Below are positions 13,627 to 26,779 of a stretch of DNA of 64,000 bases, piece by piece. The notes under the pieces were generated by a model that was not told the DNA's origin, searched no databases, and saw only the letters and a list, made by a program, of their open reading frames with translations. This DNA comes from Chrysomallon squamiferum (Eukaryota > Animalia > Mollusca), in contig CM022672.1 in NCBI GenBank assembly GCA_012295275.1, forward strand, positions 5,456,001-5,520,000. Direction: 5' to 3'. Position numbers and translations under genes: made by a program. The stretch's first letter is position 1. Every line of letters starts with the position of its first letter.

Positions 13627-13789
13627 TGACGTCGCATGCATGTAATACACAAATAGCTGTGTGTAATATATTATTATATGTGACCACGTTTCCCAAACTC
13701 ACAATACACGTGTTTGTGCATAAAAGTAATTAGTGTTTTGAATTCTGTTAGGAGGTTTAGGAGGAACAGATATTAAGTACAGCCTACAG
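13627..13789 (+). promoter_or_regulatory. Probable ASS1 promoter and non-coding first exon
   Basis: CpG-retaining region 13130-13720; CRE-like TGACGTCG at 13627-13634; donor CAG|GTATGC at 13790. The start exon is preceded by an acceptor (ttttccag ending 14392), so an upstream non-coding exon is required. Its exact position is inferred. Confidence 0.45.
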
Positions 13790-14142
13790 GTATGCCATTT
13801 TTATACGCTAGCTGTATTAGAATGTACATTAATAGTGAGTTAAAAAAAACTCCCAAGAAACAACAAACAAAAACAAGAAAAACAAAAACAGATATTGTTC
13901 AACTCTTTACTCATCAGAAGAAACCGTAGAATGTCAGGTTTTCTGTTCATCAAGCCGAATTTTAATCTACTTGATTATACCTTAATTTAGTCTGCCTTGG
14001 TCACAGGTGCCAGTTGCTGATCACGATAAGACTTTATACATATTAACAACTTAGGAGAGTGCATGTGTTGTTTGCGTTTAACAGTTTTAGGAGATGTAGG
14101 CATAACTGACGCAGAAGCTTGTACCATAATTATAATGACAAC

Positions 14143-14154
14143 GTGTGTGTGTGA

Positions 14155-14212
<58 letters not shown>
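14143..14212. repeat. (GT)n microsatellite
   Basis: Direct reading. Confidence 0.95.
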
Positions 14213-14214
<2 letters not shown>

Positions 14215-14401
14215 GTGTGTTTGAGAGAGAGAGAGAATTTTGTGGTTATTTATTTATTTGTAAAATGTTCATTGACTGTAAATGCCAGAATTGTTCTGTC
14301 AGATTCCTATATTGTTAATTTTATGTTCTCTGAAATTTTGAATTTTTTAAAATTATTATTTTTATTATTATTATTGTTTATGTCTTTTCCAGTAAATAAC
14401 A

Positions 14402-17400
14402 ATGGCAGATGTGTCCAGTGGTAAAAAGCGTGTTGTTTTGGCTTACAGTGGAGGTCTTGACACTTCTTGTATTCTAACCTGGCTTATTGAACAGGGCTAT
14501 GAAGTTATAGCTTACTTGGTATGTGTATTCTTCAGTTTGTTATAAACAGTTTAATTTTGTCTTGACCAATACACCACCTCTCTAGTTTAATTTATTTTAT
14601 CTGGTTTTTAAAGATATTCAGAGTGAAAAATACTACATCATTTTCCAATTTCCATAATTTTTGAATTTTTTCAGTTGTATTATTTTAGTATAATTTATGT
14701 CTGCACAATTTGATCTTTAAAATTCAGGAATTTTGTTGAACAGATTTATAATTATTTTTAATGTTACTTAAATATTTATTAGTTTATAATAAATTTTTTG
14801 AATATTTTAAAATATTCCATTCAGCACTAGTATATAATTATGGTGTTAGTAATTGATACAAACAGATGTTTTATGCCCACATGACTCACTGATAAAAACA
14901 AATGTTTTTGTGGCTTTATCAAAACATAAAAGTGTTGTTTTGTGGTGATTAAGTGCATAAATATATTAGAATTGTTTGCTACAGACACACATATACATAA
15001 GCAGAGGCACAAATACATACAGATACACATTAATTCATAGAGAGGTGTACAGAAACATAAAGATACATTATAACATATTAGTGTCTGTGTGTGTTATATT
15101 GCTCAGCTGTTACATCATTTTTATTTGAACGCACTTTACAGTGTCTTCTATTTTTAACCTTGTTATCATTTATCTCTTTATCTGGTTTCCATTTTCTTTA
15201 AGGAGTCAGTTAAGCATGTCTTTACAATTTGTATCCAAAATGAATATTGTATTTGCATGGTGAGAATTCCCTAGTACAATAGTCTTTTGTGTACTTTACT
15301 GTATACAGAGAGACACTTTGTACTGTGTTGTGTGTAATGAATATCACTTTATGCACAGTTAAGAAAGGTATTTTCTGTACTGTATGTGGTGAAAATAATC
15401 AACATGATTAATGTTTTAATTTTTATTTCTTGATTGATTGTTGCAGGCTAATATAGGCCAGGATGAAGATTTTGATGCAATAAAACAAAAAGCTTTAAAG
15501 CATGGAGCAGTTAAGGTATCCATCTGTATTCATAAATCATGTTCATTTCAGCTTAATATGATATATTTTGGTAAATTATTATTTTAGTTTTAATTTATTG
15601 ATTTTTATTTATTGATTTTATTTTTGCTTCTTGATTTTTTATTTACTTTTGTTTTGTTTATTTAGTTAAATTTTTTTTTTTTTTTTGTAAGTACACAAAA
15701 TTCTTTTTCCCTAAAATAAGATATGTAATATAGAATTTTGATGTATCTTCACTTACAATTCACAGCAAACATCAAAGCTGTTACAGTGAGAAATTAGAAA
15801 CTGTTCTCTCCCATTACTAAATAGTAAACATTTTCTATAATATCAGTGAATACTGTAAACTAAGAAGTAGCAGAAATAGCTATTGTAATTACAAAAACAC
15901 TGTCACTAGGGCATCTTTGTAACATTGAAAAAAATTTATAATAAATTTTTTTTAAAATGACAATAGTAAAAAATATAATAATAATAAACCATTCATAAGT
16001 ACTCAGGAACTGATTATTGTTGATGAAATTTGGACCTGCCCAGCTAAAAAGAAACAATAATTTTAAAACTTACTTTAATGCACCTACTTGTATTTCTATT
16101 TATTCATAAATATTTATATGTTCACCAAAACATTCATCTGAGTTCATGAGGATGATTGAAAATTAAAATTAGATCCTTGACTTATCTCCATGCAAAATTA
16201 CAAGATCTCTTCTGATTTTTGACATATAAAAAATAACTATAATAAAAGTTATATTAAACATATCATTAGATAAAAGTCATAATAATGTGAGTTTTCTACA
16301 AATGTGTGATTATAACTTTATAAACACAAATAAAATATTAGTATGGGATTATGTTTGATACAGAATCATCTGTGATTATCAGAAATGGCCAAATTAATTT
16401 TTATATTTTTTTTATTGTGACCTAACAGCCTGTCCACATATCATCAAGTATTGATATAAATGTATTTTGACAGTCAAGTGGCCTAGATATTATACAGTTA
16501 CAGTCATACCTCCAGAACCAGAAAATAAATTCACACACACATTGAGTCATTGAAAAAAAACCCATTTATGAACAACTACAAGTTCAAAGCTAGTAAAGTG
16601 TAAGAATTTCAGAGATTTAGAAAAGAAGGTTTTGTGCTCTTACATCTCACCTTGGATTTGCTCAAACTGACTTCTGATCTTTGTATCCACTGGTAGTTTA
16701 AACACACCTGTCATGGATGGAACTCACTTTCCCCTGAATATTCCACCTCAGCCTTTATAATGATAAATATTTTGTATTTCCTTACTATCATATAGGATTA
16801 CACTTACAACATTTTTGCTTGTATCAGTATGAAATCTCTGAATCTGTATTTTAATAATTTAGTTTTATACTTTTGCAGATGTTTATTCCAGACCTAAGGA
16901 AGGAGTTTGTCGAGGATTTTATATGGCCGGCTGTTCAGGCCAATGCCATGTATGAAGATCGTTATCTGCTTGGGACGTCTCTGGCCCGCCCACTTATTGC
17001 TAAGTAAGTAATGTCTACTTTTACTTTTTTAGTTTTCTTTATTATTGAAACATATATGAATAATAAGATAATTTTCACATTGCTGTTAATAATTAGATAT
17101 TTAAATAATTTCTAATGTATTGTCTGAAATGTTACAAATATAAACCAGTCATCTATGTTAGTACTGATTGAAGGTGATTATGTAGCAGCCAGTGTGTTTG
17201 TATTAATGAATTTTCCACTTTTATTATTTTCCTTGTTTTATGTTAGCTACTTGTCCAACAGTGTATTTGTTTTATCCATCCTTGATGTCAAATACTTATT
17301 GTGTTTTAGTATTTTTAATTCCAGTTTATCAGTTATGTATATATATAAAATATTGTTTTCAGAGCTATGGTGGAAATAGCTAAAAAAGAAAAAGCTGACT

Positions 17401-19902
17401 TTATTTCCCATGGTGCCACTGGGAAAGGAAATGACCAGATTAGATTTGAACTTGGTGCTTATGCCCTCCACCCAGACATTAAGGTATGGCTCAACATATA
17501 TATGGAAAGATGGGGCACAACAAAATTGTTTTGTCAGTTTTCTCCTACCAGGTTGTCATTAAATTTCCATTCTGTTTTGCACATATAATATGGGGGTGTT
17601 GTGCATACGTCCAAAGCAGCAGTTCCTTGCCAATTCCCTTATGTTTTTGGTCAGAGACATTTAAAGATTTTTTTTTTTTTTTAAGTGATTCACTGTATAT
17701 GGACCAGGGTAGAGTGCATCAGCTTCCAAGCACAGTGAATCACTCATTAACATAAATGGAATTCACTTTAATTTACATGAGTCAAATTTATGTATTTCTA
17801 AAGTCGATAACAGATGCCACATAGAATGCATAACTTTTTGTACACACTATTTCCTTTTCAATTCTGGTAGTAATAAATTGTATTTTTCTTCTGTTTTATA
17901 CATATAAAGGGCATAGTTTATCTTTCATTATTTCTGTTTTACAGGTAATCACTCCATGGAGAATACCCGAGTTTTACAAACGATTCCCTGGACGAACTGA
18001 ACTCTTTGAGTATGCAAAGGTGAGTTAAATGTTACAAAAGAAATGTACCTCAGTTTTTAACACTCCAGATATGTTGTACAACATAGTAACAGTCCTCTGA
18101 GCTAGTGACCATTTCCATTTAATTCACCATTGTTTGTTCAGCCTGTTAGATTTGGATTGTATTTAATAATCCATTTTTCAATCCAGCTTTTCCTTACTGT
18201 ATAATTGTCACACATTGTTGAGGGTGGATAACAAATAAAAAAAGGTTTAACATGTATTAAATATTTTATAGACAACCTACAAGACATTAGCATTCTTGGG
18301 GTTTATTTTATGCAACATATATTGATGTAGAACATCTTTCGTGATAAAGTTAATAGCTAATACAGTTCAGCTAAGCTTAATGATAAAATTTCACTCAGTA
18401 ATAAATATTTAAATTTCAGAAAAAAGGAATTCCTCTTCCAGTGACCCTGAACAGTCCATGGAGCATGGATGCCAATTTAATGCACATCAGGTGACAAAGA
18501 GAGCATTATTAGTTCCTAAATTTTTAAATTATTCATTTCTTTTTAATGAGGGATTTGAATTATTTGTTTCATCATAAAATTCTTTTATGCAGTTTGGTAA
18601 AGATTTAATTTATCATTCTTATATTGTTTAATAATTCTTCATTCATTAATTTTAATAACAATTGCATTTTTTAATAGTACCTCCATTTTAAATTCATTTT
18701 TTGTGAATGTTTGTTTAGTCAAAACTGTATTTTCAGCATAAACTACTTTATTATTTCCCAAGTGCAAGTATTAAGACCCAAACTCCATTACTTTTTAATT
18801 TTAATGTGATGGGGAAATTCACGAACTGGTTTTATAAAAATTATTCTAGCTATGAGTCTGGTGTGTTAGAAAATCCTAACCATCATGCACCTGAAGATTT
18901 GTGTCTAATGACTGTTAACCCAGAAAAGGCTCCTGACAAAGCAGAAAGACTGCAAATAGATTTCAAATATGGTAAGTAAAATTACATATAATATGCAGTA
19001 TATATTTTTTTTACCTTAAAACTTTTTGAGTGGTTTATTTTACGAATCCTTCAGTTACCTTGAATTGAAAACTAGTGTTAACATATTTAATTTTATCACT
19101 TGAAGATAGTATAATGTGTATCAGTATAATACATATAAAAATAATAAATTAAAAAAAAAAAAAAAAATCATTTATTTATTTATTTTATTTATTATTGTTT
19201 ATTTATTATTATTTTTTAACATCTTACATTTTAATTGTTTTTTGTTTATCACAGGAAAACCAGTTCAAGTAAAGAACTTAGATGATGGAACAGTCAAATC
19301 TGAACCTTTGGAACTTTTCATGTATCTCAATCAGATAGGGTTAGCATGTTCTTTGTGTAAGAAGTAACATAATGTTTAATTTGATCACTTGTTGTTCATT
19401 TTCTTTCGATTCTAATACTGATCATCATTAGAGGTCTCTAACTGATATATGTTACACTGTCTGTAAAAAATATTAAAATTTCTTCTTTAAAAGGGAAAAT
19501 TGTCTATTAAGTTTAATATCTAAGTATATGTATGCTAGAATAGCTGAGGTTTGAAAATATATGTGATGTCTTTAAATGGTATACATTTTAAATGTCTAAC
19601 ATGCACATGCACACACACACACACATACATGCACACAAACACACACACACCATACACACACAATCTAAAGACAGAATTATCAACAAAGTATATTTTTAAA
19701 TAATATGTCTAAAAATTATGAATATGTATAAATTTCAGTGGTCGTCATGGAGTTGGACGAATTGATATTGTTGAGAATAGATTCATTGGCATGAAGTCTC
19801 GAGGTTTGTTGATAATCTTCTTTTATCAATACAGTAAATACAATGGCATAACTTTGAGAGTAATATTAACAAATACCTTTTGCATTAAAAGTAGTGGCAA
19901 TT

Positions 19903-19958
<56 letters not shown>

Positions 19959-22900
19959 TAATATTTCCTTCAAGATATATTAAAATATGTGTGAGACATT
20001 GTTTAAATTTGTGTTAAATCATTATTCAACTAAGGTTCAAAGCCTTTTTCTACTTTTCATGTTTTCAGAATCTGGCAACAAAACAATTAAAACATTTGTT
20101 TATCCACCATATTGTTTCCATTACAAGACATATCTAAAATATTGATTTGTTTTCCCTGTAGATTTCTTACTGAATTTACACCTCATTAAATATAAATTAC
20201 AAATTTTATGTGGGGGAAGACACTGTGACCTAGTTTCTGACAGATCTATGGGTCATATGAGACAACAAGTGAAACCAATTAATTAACACACTTCTATTTG
20301 TCAAACAAATCATGTATTAACAAATTATAGATCTTTTATAAATAATGTGACTTTATTTCTGACAAATCTTTAGGCTCTAAATCAGTGGAAAGCAATATTC
20401 TGTCATAAAATATGTTTTAATTTTTTATTTTTTATTTACAGACTATATATTTACCTTCTTGCACAAAATTGTACTTTAATTACTCCCTTGATACAAGCAT
20501 TATTACAGTTAGTCTTTTATCTGTAAATAAAGCTTTTTGTCAACCACAGAATTTATAAATATTTAATAATGAAATAGAAGAAAGATGCAACAAAGACACC
20601 GCCCCTTTATAATTCATTTGTAATTCAGAGCATTGTTAAATAATTCATTACATGTCATCTGAACAACATTGTTCACTCTTATACGATATTTATTAAAGTT
20701 TTTCTATTATTTTGTACTTTGTACAGCAGATAGACCTAAATAATTAAAATTATTATTATTTTTTTTTTTTGTTATGAAAAATGCTGACTAATTGTCAAGA
20801 AAAAAAGAAAACAGGATGAATTTTCGTAATTGATTGTAATACATTATAAGTCTTTATTATTTATTTATTTAGTTATTTAATTTTTTTGGTTCAACTTTCT
20901 CAGTTTGCTTTCAGATAATGTCTGTGTGATAAAAAACATTTTAATTTATAACCTCATATTGTTTAACAAAATATTTTTTCTTTCCCATTTAAAATTAATT
21001 GGTGTAAAAAAGTAGAAAGTTGATTACTTAGAAAGAGAGTTGAAAAGAGATCTTCCTCCTCTCCTCTTTTATTTATAATTTGATTTTAAAAATTAGTTAA
21101 AGGAAAAACAAATTTTGCTAAAAGTTTTACCTTCATTTAAATGATTTCAGGTATTTATGAGACACCAGCTGGGACTATTTTAATTGCTGCACACTTGGAT
21201 ATAGAAGTCTTTACAATGGATCGGGTAAAAACAGAAAACCTTTTATTTTATTGTTGTTGATTTTTCTATTTTTCTAGCTATACCTGGCAGGTTTTGTGCA
21301 AAAACGTTTGTATTTTTAATATTGTTTTGAACAAAATTTGAAATGTGATCAGATCATTAGAAGATGATTTAAAATAAATGTCTTTTTTTATATCTCTACA
21401 TTAATATGAAGATATATTTTCACAGAATTCTTGAATTACAAGATTAGCCAAAAAAAATAAGAAATAGTAATAAAATAAAATAAATAAATAATACAAAAAA
21501 CAAAAACAAAAAAATGGTTATATTTTTAGGAAATGAGAAGGGTGAAGAGAGATCTGGACCTGAAATTTGGAGAACAGGTGTACAGAGGTAGGATTACTTG
21601 CTCAGTGGCAGATCCAGGGTGGGATGAATGTTTAAGGTGTTTGAACAAGAATTTGTTTTCTGTTTCTTCCCAATCTCAGTATTACTTACTGCTTTTCTCT
21701 GTGTAAATACTTTGTAGACTTCAGGAAATAGGGGTTTTGTGAACCTCCAAGTAAAAGTTTACAGGAACAAATATATGAGTATATTTAGAAAACAGATGAT
21801 TTCTTTTTGCTCAGTTTTAAATCTGAATCAAACAAAAGTTAGATTAATTTAATGAAACAGTATCTCAAGAAGTATATTAAATATATATTTGTAATTTAAA
21901 GATTTTTTTGGATTTCTTTCACAGGTTTCTGGTTTAGTCCTGAGTGTGAGTTTACCAGATTCTGCATCAATAAGAGCCAGGAGAGCGTTGAGGGGCAGGT
22001 AACTCTGAAACTGTACAAAGGGGCAGTGCACATCTTGGGACGAGAATCTAAACTGTCTCTGTACAATGAAGAACTTGTCAGGTGTGTTTTATATAAATTA
22101 CTTACAAATGCTGTTTTAATGTTGGCAAGCTACTGAGTTACAGAATAAAATTAGTGTTATTTAGTTTACTACCAGAAGATTTAAAAAATATTTCTTAATG
22201 TTAATTAGTAAAAGAATTATGATGATTGATGGGTTCAGGCTTTCAAATTATTATTAAAGTTAAAAAATGAATGTTAATATTAAAGTGTCATTAAAGAAAT
22301 ATTCATTCACTATATATTCATTTGTTTGTTCATCCATTCTCATAAAGCCATTGCCTAAGTAATGTTTTTGTTTCCAGTATGAATGTACAGGGAGACTACG
22401 AACCTCCAGATGCTGCTGGCTTCATCAAAATAAATGCTCTGAGGTAAACAAATAAAATCATAATCTAATATTTAAATTGTTTTATTAAGATTAACTGTAT
22501 TGAACTGGTATATTTTAAATTCAACTATTCAATGTCATTTTGCGGTCATTTTAAAATCACTAATACATTTAATATTATTAAAAAAGTATTTATGAAAATT
22601 TAATATTATTAAAAATGTATTTATGAAAAATGTGTTAATTACTATATAAAATCAGTCCAGAGACAGGAATGTAATAATAATAATAATAAAGAAAACATTA
22701 TTATTTAGCACATGAGAACTATAACAATAATAAAACATTTTGGAGATTATCACTTTTATTTCCTTGTTTTCTGAAAATTCATTGTAATATATTTCCTAAT
22801 GAGATAATTTATGAATATTTGGTACCACTTAGAAGCTTATTTAGTTAAAATTTTATGCCTTTAAAACAGTTTTCTGAATATAACCATTTGTTTTCTGTCA

Positions 22901-23006
22901 AGCTGATTTGTGTTTGTTATTTAGATTCAATAAAATGTTGGTGGGTTTTTTTTTCAGACTGCAAGAATATTGTCGACTGAGACAAAGAACTGGACAACAG
23001 AAGTAA
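14402..23006 (+). CDS. ASS1: Argininosuccinate synthase, 417 aa. Coding exons 14402-14518, 15447-15515, 16879-17003, 17363-17483, 17945-18019, 18420-18490, 18850-18971, 19255-19339, 19739-19803, 21151-21224, 21530-21587, 21925-22081, 22378-22443, 22958-23006
   Basis: Signature motifs [75 protein letters not shown] and GFWFSPE. All introns GT-AG; 1254 nt in frame. Confidence 0.97.
22567..22628. repeat. 31-bp tandem duplication in the last ASS1 intron
   Basis: ATTTAATATTATTAAAAA(A/T)GTATTTATGAAA twice, one mismatch. Confidence 0.85.
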
Positions 23007-26000
23007 AGAACTTTGTTGTTTAATCTGAATGTATTACAGAGATTATACAATAAATAAACTTAGATGGAACAAACTAATGTAACTAATGAATAAACTGTAG
23101 CAGTTAAAAATTGATAACCCTTTAAATCTTACAGATGCTTAGAAATGTTTGATATTCTTTTTAAAGTAGAAATATTCATTTATTTTATCCTCCTACTCAT
23201 TGTATGTTGATCATACATACAGTGCTATTTAGATACTATATCACTTTCACATCTTTATTTTATATTATTATTGAAATATTGGGGGGTCTTGTTGTTTTTA
23301 TGAATATGTTAGAAAAAGATTTTTAAATTTATTTTATTTAAAGGAAACGAAGTAATATTGTTAAAAATTAATCTAATGCATTTATTAAATATATTGATGA
23401 AGGGTATTTTACTATATCATATACATAACATATGCCTGGTTAGTAACAAAAATTATCTTTCGCTCCTTGATTAATAGTGGTTTTACACCCATCTTTAATA
23501 ATGTATTAAGTTCTTACAAATCTATACTTAATCAGAATCTTAGCTAAATTGTTATCAAATAAAGTCTGTATAAAATGTGGTCAGATATTATCGATGGAAA
23601 TTATGCTGTACTACCTAAATTGTAGAATTCCAAATAATTTTAATGCAAAAAGGCAAAGATATTTTCTTCACTAGAAATGGCACCAACACAGAACCAAATG
23701 ATGAATTTCAATTAGCTAATATATAATAAAATTTTTACAAACTGGCTGATACATTTACATGACAAAGCATTCATGTCAACAGAAATTAATTTATTATTTT
23801 TCAAAAAGATAACCGTTTGAAATGATATCTTTATGATTAAATCACTTATTAATTGAGGGACCAAGTAGTAAAGTTAATAATTTATTAAAAAATTTCCATA
23901 CTAAAATATTTCTTTCAATGATTTCTGTGAGCTGCAATTTAGTGCTTTTATTTAATTCTTTATTTATGTTTTTGAAACTTGAAATGTATCATGTGTAATC
24001 TTGTTTAAGTTTATGACTATAGTGATGTAAAGCTATTGCTATGGACGGTTGTTATTTTCAGACATGTGGCATTAAATGTAAATTATACAACACATTTTAG
24101 GAAAATATTTATTTCTAAACATTTATTTATTTATTTTACAAATATAGGATTACCTTTACTGTAAAACTTTATTTCTAATGTTGTTTTACATGAACATGCA
24201 TTTTTGAAATATTTTGGGCATTTTACTAGATAGTTTCTAGACTGGCATATTTCAGGTTTAGTGTTATTTTCATAAAAAATTATAATCCTGCTGGTGAAAT
24301 GATCTCTTCTTACACTACAGCTTGTAATCAGTTTCAGTCTCAGTTTGTTAGTGCTGTGATTAATCTAATGGCTTGAAGATATATAGGTTCTGGGTTCATT
24401 TCCTAGTATTGTCTCATGTTAATCTTTTAATATATTAAAACCTTTTGGCAGCCACATTTCAAATAATTGATTATAATTTGCAAAAGTAATATATTATGAA
24501 TCTCACTATATTGCTTTTGAATATTTTTGTGTTGTAGTTGTTTGTTTGTTTGTTTTTGTTTTTTTTTTTTTTTAATTTTATTTATATATTTTTCTCTATA
24601 GATAAAACTGAATTTTTATTTCAAGAAAAGCAAATAAAAATTTAACGACCATGCAACACATATTTACATTATTACTGTTTAATGTTACTCAGATATTTTC
24701 CTGAAAGAAAATTAGTAGCTACAGATTTTCTATAATGAAACAGTAAACCATCAACCACTGGTTCTGATGAACCATATCTTTCATTCAAAAGGAAAATGGT
24801 GGACAAGTTTTAATAATAATCATTAATTTGTTCTGTGAATCAAGCGTAAAATGACAAAAAAACATTATGTAAATGTTAATGCATCAATATATTGTTTTAT
24901 TTTGTTCTTTCTGTTTATTTTATTTGTGTGTAATTCATCTCTGTCAAGTAATGAGAATCATTTAGAATAGATGACAATAAAATATCATTCTTCTGCACAA
25001 ATTGTTTTAAATCATGTAGCCCTATCTTAAATATTGTTTATAAAAGATATTTTATAATCTAACAGTGATCTGAAAACAGGGTGAAATGGTGAAAATTCAG
25101 TGTATAGTTAATAATGTGCATAACTTTTATATACAGTAAAACAAAAGATGCTTGGCTTGCAGCTATTTTTTATTATCATTGTTATATTTTTGTTATTGAA
25201 AAAAAATATATACAAATAATATACACAAAATTTTTAATTATTTTACATTTTTTCTTTCTGTGTTTTTGTTATACATCTTGTTTGGTTTACTGAGATTTTA
25301 CTATCTGCACAATTCAAAAAGTGGTAAAAAAAATATTTAGCAAAACAAATATTCATAGATTATTCTATTTTCAAATAAAGTGTTGTTTTACTAAGAAACA
25401 TTTGTTGGCTTGTTTTTGTTTTTTAAATACTTCTTTAGATGTTGTGGTCATATTAATTTATCAGTGTTTAAATAAGAAAACATTTAATTAAAATGGGGAT
25501 CATATGAGAGTAAACCATTTTCTGATGCTTCAACAAATAAAAATAGATATGGGCAGGCAAATAAGCTTGGTATTTGAACAAGTAGATGGTTCATTATTTA
25601 GAAAAATGTTGAATACTAATACATTAGACTAATTAAATTATGACAACCAAATATAATTATATTAGTGAAGATTTTTATTAGATACTCTTTTCTTAATAAT
25701 GTGAAACAAACAAGAAGAAGAATAGTGTACCAATTTATTTTTCACATCTCAGTTATAAAGTATTTCTTGCTGCTATTTTGGATGATCTTTGACAAATCAA
25801 TAATTCTTAGACGGACAAATTTTATTTTATATTATATGAAGAAAAAAAAAGATGTTCAACTACGTCATGGGGTCATTAAACTTCTTAATTTAAATGGATT
25901 CAAAATATTGCAAGGTATGTAATAAATGCATTTTTTCTGACATTTGACATTTTAAAAATATGTTTTATTTGTTATGATGAATGTATATGGTGATATACTG

Positions 26001-26073
26001 CTATCATTAAGATTATTTATTATTACTGTTATAATCCGTTCCGAACTGAAACCAAGTTAGGAATACAGTTATC

Positions 26074-26083
26074 CACTTCCGGT
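26074..26083. promoter_or_regulatory. ETS-family (GABP/ELK-type) site in the EEFSEC proximal promoter
   Basis: CACTTCCGGT is the reverse complement of ACCGGAAGTG, about 30 nt upstream of the first in-frame ATG in a CpG-containing patch. Confidence 0.5.
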
Positions 26084-26112
26084 TGTTAAGATGGAATGAG
26101 ATGTTCTAATGC

Positions 26113-26683
26113 ATGACTACAAATAGTAAAACGTATTGCCAAGTGGACATAATGACAAACAAAATTAATTTTAACATTGGTGTCCTTGGTCATGTTGACA
26201 GCGGAAAAACAAGTTTATCCAAAGCACTTAGTACAGTAGCAAGTACCGCATGTTTTGATAAGAATCCTCAAAGTAAAGAAAGAGGGATAACTCTTGACTT
26301 AGGATTTTCGTCGTTCTCTGTTGACACACCGGCAAAGTTGAAAGAGAATGGTTTGGCATGTGACGAAATTCAATATACACTGGTTGATTGTCCTGGTCAT
26401 GCCAGCCTTATCAGGACGATCATCGGAGGTACTTATTATTTCTCCTGTCGTGTCATATTTCAACAGGTTTAACACATTAAAATGATTAATTGATATTTTC
26501 AAATTTATTATTATTATCAATACTATTAATATTATTATTATTATTAACTGACACATATTTTTGCGTTTTTTATTTCATATCCAAAGTGTAACTGATAATG
26601 CTATATTTTTGTTTGTTCATTAGTTATAATAACCTCGCTGAAATTATCCAACTAATTACAAAACATTTGTTGCAGTCATCGGT

Positions 26684-26729
<46 letters not shown>

Positions 26730-26735
26730 ATGATG

Positions 26736-26779
<44 letters not shown>

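Noticed and set aside
15516-16878. ASS1 intron donor GTATCCAT resembles a U12 5' site
   Set aside because: Mismatch at +7 and no TCCTTAAC-like branch near the acceptor, which has an ordinary T-rich U2 tract.
21603-21620. CAGTGGCAGATCCAGGG, resembling a common MITE terminus, in an ASS1 intron
   Set aside because: No matching opposite terminus or target-site duplication found; too short to call.
24765-24804. CTGATGA plus a stem, hammerhead-ribozyme-like (similar cases near 13382 and 52021)
   Set aside because: The stem is not followed by the required GAAA, and helices I and III are absent.
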